Shown here piece by piece: positions 51,244-60,297 of a stretch of 60,297 bases of DNA. Under the pieces are notes generated by a model. That model had not been told where the DNA came from. It was given only the letters and a program-made list of their open reading frames with translations, and made no database searches. Within the stretch, counting starts at the first letter, position 1. Each line of letters begins with the position of its first letter. The stretch comes from Ministeria vibrans ATCC 50519 (lineage: Eukaryota; Protista; Filasterea), in contig CALSCP010002085.1 of NCBI GenBank assembly GCA_943704425.1, forward strand, positions 1 through 60,297, read 5' to 3'. Made by a program: the position numbers and the translations under genes.

Positions 51244-54200
51244 CGAAGGGGAGAGAGAAGCAAAGTGATAGAGGAGGGGGAGAAAAAAACAAAAAAAAGA
51301 GAAAGAAACAAAAAAGAGAAGGGAGAAAGACACGAAGAGAAAACATATTTTTATATCCATCAAGTTTTACCTCAGCACACAGTTGGAAGTAACACAGGAG
51401 CACTGCAACTTCGGCGCAGATGATGGCCAGAATAAAGAAGACAACAAAGAGAAACCCAAACACATAGTAGAGCAAATTGTTCCTAAACAGACAGACGCGA
51501 TGTACAACAAGATAAGAGGAGAGACGCATTATAAAATACAAATCGAAGGGACACGAAAGAGGTAAGAAGTCACAAAGGCACATAAACAGGACAATAAGTC
51601 AGACGGACACACAAACGAGCAATAGAAAAGACACACACATAAAAGAGTGTTTAATCAAAAACAACGCAAACGAGCGATGAGTCGGACACATAGAAACAAA
51701 GCAATACATCGGTCGCACAGAGAGGCGATCGGTGAGAACGACAAAACCAGACACACACAAATTTATATAAAATCTTACCAAATAGAATTGACGATAAAGT
51801 AGAGCTGGATAAAAATGGCGCCAAACGGGAGCATACCACCAGTGAGAATGCTGGGAATAGGCTTCATGTAGAACACCTGAAAAGGGACGCAAAAGCAAAT
51901 GTGAGAAGATAGGAAAGAGAAAAATCGCGAAAAAGAGACAGCGAGACAAAAGAGCGTGTGTAAGAGAAAGACAAACAGAATGAACAAATTATAAAGACAG
52001 GGGAAAGACCAAAGCAATAGAAAGATGCAAACGAAACCAACATAAAACCAAAACACAAAAAACCAAAAGAGAAAGATTATTATTATTATTATTGATAATA
52101 AATATTATCAGTGCTGCCGATGCTGACGCCACCCGAGTCATTCGTGCCGGGTGCAGTGCCACTAACAANNNNNNNNNNAAAAAAAAAAAAAAAAAAAAAA
52201 CAGTGCTCTAACCTGATCGGGAATCTGACGAGGGATCTGGTTGGTACGCAAAGGAAAGTCGGGCACAGCCTTCTTAAAGCCAAAGTAGGCACCGACAAAG
52301 TTGAGGGGCGCCGAGACACAAAACCAGAGGATGACCAGAATGAGAATGGTCGTGAAGGGAACGGCCGCGGAGGAGCCCTGTGACCACAGCAGCAGATTGA
52401 GCAGGAAGAAAAGCGCAAAGATGACACCGGGCACAAGACAACACGTCATGATCACATTGCTCTTCCAGCGTTCCCCCTTGAACATCTTGTAAAAGTGTGC
52501 CGAGACAAATCCTCCAACGAGGCCCAGAAGCACCCACAGCACAACAACGGCCGTCATGAGACCACCACGCGCAGCCGGCGACAGGAATCCAAAGCAGGCA
52601 AAGCCCAGCGAGAGACTGATCATCACAAACAGCTATCAGGAAAGAGAAAAGCAAGATTAGATTTGTTGTGTTGATTGAAGAAAAAGTGCAGACGCGCACA
52701 GACACACAAATCCACAAAATACAGAAACACAGACAGGGAGAAAAAGCACTCGTAAGATTAAAAAGAGAAAAATAAAAAATAAAGAAAATAAAAAGAAAGA
52801 AAATAAAAAAGAAAGAAATAAGAAAACAAAAAGCACTAAAGCCAATAATAATGAAAATGAAGACAACAACACGTAGCAAGAGAAAGGCGACAAAAACAAA
52901 GTAGCGCAATATCAGGAGAAGAATACCACAGAGAAGATGATACACCATCAAAAGGGTACAGCAAACAAAGTTGCAGTCAAAATTAAATAAAATCAAGGAC
53001 ACGAAGCAACAAAAGAACCCCCCAAAACGACACAACAAAAAAATTTACCGAATTGAAAACAAAAACCAAATACAATCAAAAGAACTTTACCTGAACACCA
53101 CTGCCCGCAAAAACAGAGAGCAACATGGTCTGCGTCGGAGCACGGAAGACATCGCCGTGAACCAGCTTCCATCCAAACTCCTCCTCACCCTCATCCGCCT
53201 CCAAGTCCAACTAAATCAAGTCGTGCGTCAAATTAAAAAGCAAAAAAAAAACAACACTAATACACACTCTAAACTTAATATTCTTCTTGTTTCTTACAAC
53301 TTGGTTGTAGCGGGCAATGTCCTTGTAAATGGTACGCACAAGTACGAGAAAGACCATAAAGGACAAGAAGAGCACAATGACCAGCGAGTAGATGATGGAG
53401 AACCAGTGTACACGCACATCGGCCGCATTGAGACTCAGGTAAGGGTCCCAGCGCGATGCCCATTTGATGGCTGACGGAGTGTACGTCACAGAGTATGACC
53501 AAGTCAAAGACTGAAGGACACACACACAAAGAGAGGAGTGGAAAACAAAGTGTTAGAAAAAACAACAAAAAAAAAGAGACGCATTACCAGATCCGCCGAA
53601 GCAGAAGAAAGAGTCTGTTGCGTCTTGACGGAGCAGTCAAGTTTCTTGTTTGCAGCGGCAGTTTCAGCATCGTGAGCAATGCTTCGGGGTTGAACCTGAA
53701 TGAAAAGAAGCGATTAGAGGAGAAAGGAACACGTAGTAAAGAGTGGTCCATGGGTGAACAAAAGAAACCACACAGCGGTGCGTAAAAACAAGTCAGAAAC
53801 AAAAGAGAGCAAGGGAAAACAAATAAGTGGTCTGCCGATTCCCAACCAAAACCACAATTCAACCAAATGGCGAAGGGGAAAAGCACACTCACATAGGAAA
53901 CACAAAACACATAAAAAAACACGAGCAACAAATTTTTTTTAAATGTTTCTCACGTGAATTCCAACAATGCGCGCACCAACAAACTCATCGTGCTCATGGT
54001 ACAGCACATCAATATCCAAATGGTTGAACACAATGTACGTTCCTAGACAAACAATTGGAATGTGTGAATGATGTGAATGTGAACAAACAGTGTGAGGGTG
54101 TTTGCTTAGAGAGTGATTAAGTGATAAATAGTAATAATTATTATTATTATTATTGTTAATATTGAGAGTATTTCGATTGGAATTTTGACTCAAAGAAAAA

Positions 54201-55443
54201 TAGTTACCTTCGGGAGTTCCCTTTCCACAACGCACTCGCGGGTCCTTTCCATTGTGACACCCCAGAAAGAAGCCCAAGACCTTCTGGTCGACTCCCTTGA
54301 GCTTCTCGACAAATGGCATGTTGTCCAAAATCCTACAGGACACGAAGGGAAAGGACATACATGAGGTGGCGGAAACACATTCTCTCCTATCTCCTTGTGA
54401 CCATGTTTCTCGCACAATCACAATCGCCTCAACACAACACACGGCCCACAGAATAACATTCTTCGTACCAATGCTGAACGTAAAGCTCATCAATTGCCAC
54501 TTTGATGTCGTCCACCAGCTGCTTGTGCGCCTTGTTTCCCTTGGTGTACTTCTTCGTGCAGATCTGCTGGCACGCCTGCGGCTCGCGGAAGCTCAGCTGG
54601 ATGGGTCCGGCGCGGATACGCTCGCCAAACACCACTTGGCCGAGATTCTCACTGGGCGACTCCTTGAGCGCCTACGCAAAAAACAACCACAGACGGTTTG
54701 TGCACCGCTCTCCCCACACACTCCCACATCCCACCCCCCCGGGCGCACACACTGTGTCGCTGACGCTGGCGTACCTCTTCGGAAGGCTGGCAGAAGTCAA
54801 AGTGGCTGTATTCGTAAGGAATGGCCGTTTCAATCGAATCCAGACGATTGACGAACACGCGAAGTTTTTCGCCCTGTGACGATCAGAGGAGAGGGTGTCA
54901 GCAGAGACAGACAGCCAACATAGACAGCCAGGCGTAGTGCACGGCACGCTAGCGGGTCAGGCTGGCGCAGCGATGGACGAGAGGGGCACACGAAGCGAAA
55001 AACGGAGAGAGAAAGAGGGGAAGCGCATGTGTTGGCACATTCAAAAACGGTTTGTTGCGCTGGAAATGGCATGGGAGAGGCGGAAACCCCACCAGAGCGA
55101 GCGCGCAGTCGCATACATGGGTGGGGTCGCACGGCGGGCAGCGGGTAGCGTTAGCGTGAGATGTGAGATATAATTTTCAGACAATTCCGTTTTTTTTTTT
55201 TTTGAGATAACCATCTTAACAATTATTCATTATTAAAAGAGTATCGATGGGCGAGCATAATAAGAGCGGTGAGGAGGCATCTGGTGACGACGAAGAGAAA
55301 CAGACAGAGCAAGAGAGAGACAGACAGACAAACAGAGACGAACTTACCACTGGAAACGATTGAGGCGCCAGACCGGGCACGTAAAAGGCCGAAGCGGACC
55401 AACAAAGGGCCGAGAGAGCAACGGCAACGATGAGCAGTCTCAT
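50695..55443 (-). CDS. TM9SF2: Transmembrane 9 superfamily protein (EMP70/nonaspanin, TM9SF2-like)
   Basis: [73 protein letters not shown]-terminal IYASVKID. Confidence 0.93.
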
Positions 55444-55525
55444 AGAGCCGAGTTTGAATTAAAATTATGGTGAAATTGAAGTATTATTAATTTCGATCAG
55501 ATAATTTGTTCCCTTTCTCTCTCCG

Positions 55526-57943
55526 ATGCACTCCCACGTCGCCGTGACTGTAGCACTGGTGGTTTTGGCTATATCGTCGATTGCCTCCGCCCACGACGAG
55601 TACAAGGCGCTCGTCTCGACTGGCAATGTTGTGCCGATCACTCTCGCCAACTCGTCCGCACTGCTCTCCTGGACGTTCAGCGAGCAGGTCTCCCACACCG
55701 GCTGGCTTGTGGTTATGCCGGGCGCCAGTGTGGACGAGGTGAGGCGACTGAATCAAACCACAATAGTCATTAATTGTCTTCTGTTTCTTCACGTTTCGAT
55801 CATTGTGCAGAAAGCGATCACTGGCGCTGCGCGCTATCTCCAGTACGTCGCCGCGGTCGCGACCGTGCCAGAGGACAGTGCCACTGTGGATCTCGTGGAT
55901 GCCCTGGGCGGACCCGTCAAGGACGAAGCGTACTTTAGAGTGTTCAGCTTTTCAAGAGGTAAACTATTAATAATTATTATTCTTATTATTATTGTTTGTA
56001 TACTCTCTCTTTTTTTTTTCTTCTTTTTTTTCTCTTTTCTCGCTGTGCGCTTGTCAAGACAACGGTCTTTTACTGACTACAGTCACATATGATCATAACA
56101 ACGTAATAATAATAACGTTGTGTTGTTAAGGTTTGTCAACGGAACACAAATCGTTTACGGACATTATCAGTGCTCGCTCCTTCCTTCTCGAGTCCGCTCC
56201 ACCTGTCTACATTCCTCTTAACGAAGAGAATTCGCAACAATTTCTTTCTGCCGCTGTCATGCAACACCGCATTGCCATCCTCTTCTTCACGGAATCGACG
56301 GTAAACAGCACACACATACAGAGAGACAGATAGACACACATATCACACACATACAGACACACACGTATATATATATATATATATAGACACGCACCTAATT
56401 TTGTGGCTGTGTGTAGAAATTCCATGCACTTGCGGCTCGCCTTGCGTATCGCTTTCAAGAGCACACTTTGGTCGGAGTCGCAGCAAAACCTTCTGAATCT
56501 CTGCTCACCTCACTCAAAGTCGATTCAGTCCCTCAGGTACGTAACGATTGATTGATGCGTTTACTTTGTTCAATTGAGTCTGTTTTTTGGTTGGATGTGA
56601 GCGAGAGATGAGATTTTTCTTATTAATCAAAGAGCAACGGGATTGAGAGAGAGAGAGTGAAACATTCTTTATGCATTAGGTTCGATTTATGTCTGCGCAA
56701 ATGCCAAAAACGGCCGAGGACACAGCAAAGGGAGTGCAGTTCCAGGGAGCACCGTACAGGTAGGACGACTATGATAGAAGAAGGACACTATAAGAGAGAA
56801 GAGGAGAGATGTGAATGAGAGACATTGAATGAGAGAGGCGGTGAATGAGAGACAGTGGGTATGGCTATAAATGAGACTATAAATGAGACTCTAAATGAAA
56901 TATTTTACTAAAGCAAGTCAAAAATTGTGTAGTGACGCGCAATTTGGCAAAGCAAACTACGCAAACACAGTGCGATGGATCAAAATGGTCATCAACGCTC
57001 ACAACGAAGTCAATTTCTTCGCCGAATCTGCACAGTCTGATTCCTCTCACGACCAAAACGAACCTCAAACACCCGAACAACCAACCGAATTTCAATCTGC
57101 AGAAACAGTAAGACGAAAAAAATTAATACTTCTTGCGTCGTCTTAATCATTTCATAGGTTGTTTTGAACAATGAGCAAATTGGGTCAGTGTGCAGTGAAA
57201 CGGCACTTGGAATGTGTGTGATTGCATTTGTGTCCAGTGACATTGATCAGTACAAACTTATTATGGAAAAGGTACACAAGAAAAAGAAATTCCCCCCCTT
57301 TTCATTCACTCACTCGGAACGACTTTTTTTTTTTTTTTTTTGGATAGGTCCGCACTTCGTTCAGCCAATCATCGCGTCCTCTTCACTTTGCACTGGTGGA
57401 TCTTACTTGTGACTATGCACCGGCTAAACGTGTCTTTGGCATTGAGCCTGATCAATCACCCGCTCTCATTGTTCTCTCCCGCTCAAAGGGCAAAATGGCG
57501 CGTTTTGTGGGTACGTCTAAACTGGACACACACAGATAAAATAAATGAAAACATGGTATTCTTAAATAAATGAAAACATGGTATTCTTCATAGGGTCTTT
57601 CACTGCGGACGCAATTGACGGGTTCCTGTCACGAGTGCATTTGGGGCGTGAGGCTATGATGGCACTGAGTGACGCTGGGTGGCTGGCGGATGGGGATCTG
57701 ATGAGTGCGGATGCGTGTGCCTCGTTGCATGGTGAAATTGCTGCGCTGGAGGCGGAGAGTGCTGCTGCCGCGTCGAGTGATGATGACGAAGAGTATATGA
57801 CGGAGAAAGAGAAGCGAGAGAAACGGGCGCGCGAAGAGAAGGAGAAGAAGAAGAAGAAGAAGAAGAAGGGGAACAAGAAGAAGAAGGCAAAGAAGACAAA
57901 GAAGAAGACTGTGGAGGAGACCGAACCAAAACAAGACCTGTGA
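55526..57943 (+). CDS. ER-luminal thioredoxin-fold (PDI-like, apparently non-catalytic) protein ending KQDL
   Basis: Signal peptide; repeated Trx-like segments (IAILFFT, MCVIAF, GSFTADAIDGFLSRV); Lys-rich tail and KQDL. No CxxC active site seen. Confidence 0.65.
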
Positions 57944-58012
57944 ATCACCAAAAACAAGCTCTCCAAATTACACTATTAAATCAGACTTTTTTTTTTGTGC
58001 ATAATGTTCTTC

Positions 58013-59519
58013 CTACACCTCCGCCACAAAGAGCCCATCATACACACGACGCACACGCCCATCGCAATTAGGCATGTCAGAGCAGTTCACCACCCCGCCA
58101 ATGCCCTTCCCCTGCACATACATAGTGGTGCTCCCGCCTTGGTCCATTCCCATCGCAGACGCACAGTGCAGCTGGTCCTTCATGAAATAGGCCAATTCGT
58201 GATCCGACACGCCACAGTTGGATTTGAAGCCGCAATGATCATTTCCATCGACAGTCACAAGTACCGCCTTGCTCATCAACACACCACCCGCATCCGCAAT
58301 CAACCCCACTGCCGTATTCGCCGCACGTGACAGCAGATTCACGTTGTAGTCGTCCGAGGGAATCGCCTCGATCGCACTTCCGTTGACTGTTGACACCAGA
58401 TTGGGACCCGCCCCAATTGCATTTCGCACGTCCTTTGAGACCTGTTGGCCCTTGTGCAGCACTTCAAATCGAGACCTACACGACAAAATCAAATCAGATC
58501 GTGCCTCAGTTTTGTCTTTTGTTATTATTAATTTTAATTCAAAAACAAAATAACCCCCGCATACGAAAAAACAAAGTCTTTTCATATTAATCGTACTTGA
58601 CACCATCAATGATAAGTACTGTGGGTCTGTTCTGGCCAGGACAGTCGCAGTTATGTGCGAGTGAAGTGCCATTGACCACAAGAGTACCTGACACAATATG
58701 TAAAAGACACACAATGTAAAAGATGGATTCGGTCTCTCTCTCTTTTTTTTTTGTCTTCTTTTGCTCATACAGTCTCCCACTCCGTAATTGGGATGTTCAC
58801 TTGATACGTTCTGAAGTGCATCTTGGCGGGTTTTGCCAAAGCAGACGTCATCAAAGAAACTCTGTGAGTCAACGCGCCAAAAGTACCCTCCGTTGATGCC
58901 CACTAGAGGTTTGAGTGGCGACGACTGTGCCATGTTGGGGATCGTGTCGACTTGTTTCCTGAAAAGGCAAATGAAGAAGATCACAAATGAGTGAGAATAG
59001 AAAAACAAACAAACAATCGACGTAAAACCTACAAAACGAGACAAATTTCGCATTGTAATGCTTTGGTAGTACACTGACAAACAAGAATACAAGAATGCCC
59101 CCCACCCCCGTCAAACCCACTGCCATATCAATCCATGTGTTGACACAATGATATGTTATGAAGACACACTTGCACCACACACAAAGGATTTCACACAACC
59201 ACAATCTTACAAGGGATCCGCTGCAAGTGGCACGAGAGTAGCATTGGAGGTCAGGTCAACAGTGACAATGTTAAAGGCCAATGGCTCGACACGCCAGGCA
59301 CTCGTCGTTGCACTAGGTCGGTAGAGACATCGCAAGAGTGAATCAGACGCACTCCCACACAAAATACACTCACCTGCAATTGAACTTCTCCCATGCAACA
59401 CCCGGGGCAAGCTGAGCACTGTCAAGCGGAATGCAAGTCCACTGGGTCACAGCGTCGGGCGCGAGACGACGCGACCAGGCGAGAGACGCGAGTGTCACCA
59501 GCAGAAGCCCAAGGCGCAT
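58013..59519 (-). CDS. Phosphodiester glycosidase (NAGPA/DUF2233 family), secreted
   Basis: Signal peptide MRLGLLLVTLASLAWS; VGINGGYF, AIGAGPNLV, NTAVG, LVTVDG, AMGMDQGGSTTM, RRVYDGLFV. Confidence 0.88.
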
Positions 59520-60083
59520 TCAGAGCGATTTCAGAGGGGACAGAGAGCGAGAGAGCAGACGAAATCGTCACAGGAGAGAGAACAAAGAGGAGGTTGCGGG
59601 AGGAGGGTGCACAGAGTACAGTCTTCGGCAACACGAGAGGAGCGTGAGAGTGAGTAAAAGTGTGAAAACATTTGATCGTCACTCATGATCTCATCTCAGA
59701 TATACAGACAGAAGAACCCTTTACGTTACGAAATTTTGTAAGAGAATACTGACAGAAATCTCAAATCAGAAATCTACGTCCGACGAACCCATGGCATTAT
59801 TGGCAAGTAAAATTTAGTAAATGGCAACGTCCACAAGAGTAACAAGCTCGCTCCATGACGTCCATGTAACAGGGATGCCTTCAGCCTTGATCACATGCGG
59901 GAAAGAAAACGTGACTCTCAAGGTATAATATGGGTGTAATTAAGCTTAGGCTAAGCCTGAAGTTGTTTTCTTTCCTCTCTCTCTCTCTCTGTCTCTCTCT
60001 ACCTCTCTCTTTCTCTGTCTATCTTTCTTTGTCTCTCTTCTTTCTTCTCCATCATTTTTCTTTCTCCCCTCTCTTCCATTCCC

Positions 60084-60297
60084 TCAGCAAGGCGCTCCCC
60101 AGTTGGGCTTTGGGAGTGTCCATGAGGGGGTATTAGTCGAAAAGCTCGATGGCTCGCTTGAGATTTGCGACACACACCAGCCGGACAAGTCTTGGTTGAA
60201 GTGTAAGGCGTTACGGAACATCCCAAACATATTTGTCACCTTCGACACATCCCATTGTGAAATATCCGCGTTAAAGAACGAAGCTGATGAAAACATG
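60084..60297 (-). CDS. DUF285/BspA-like bacterial surface-repeat protein, C-terminal part only
   Basis: FNADISQWDVSKVTNMFGMFRNALHFNQDLSGWCVSQISSEPSSFS...PNWG. Confidence 0.85.
   Translation of the reverse strand, partial: MFSSASFFNADISQWDVSKVTNMFGMFRNALHFNQDLSGWCVSQISSEPSSFSTNTPSWTLPKPNWGAPC

Overview
Gene-dense eukaryotic window, probably a phagotrophic protist; the taxon cannot be fixed from the sequence. It uses the standard code and has short GT-AG introns, (GA/CT)n microsatellites and several N-gaps. About 26 protein-coding genes can be reconstructed: Derlin (partial), AOAH, an F-box/LRR protein, POGLUT1/Rumi, DUF924, an MscS-like channel, an ankyrin-metallophosphoesterase fusion, a TLC-like protein, an ER JmjC protein, enoyl-CoA hydratase, SNX17, pallidin, a PLD6/Zucchini-like protein, D2HGDH, DHODH, an adhesion GPCR, a hypothetical protein, SPC25, a caspase-like/NB-ARC/TPR protein, Nopp140, a membrane protein, peptidase C45, TM9SF, a PDI-like protein, a NAGPA-like protein and DUF285 (partial). 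The most striking signal lies in the ORF-poor stretch at 47.7-48.8 kb, which holds two disrupted tRNA genes. One is a circularly permuted tRNA-Ala(UGC): its 3' half lies upstream of its 5' half, it is split at 37/38, and it also carries a T-loop intron with a canonical bulge-helix-bulge motif. The other is a tRNA-Pro(AGG) with a 47-nt hairpin intron in the D-loop. Together they point to archaeal/Cyanidioschyzon-style structure-guided tRNA processing in this lineage. The second highlight is an intronless NLR-like gene (caspase-like domain, NB-ARC, TPR, tail anchor). All calls come from manual reading; no searches were run.
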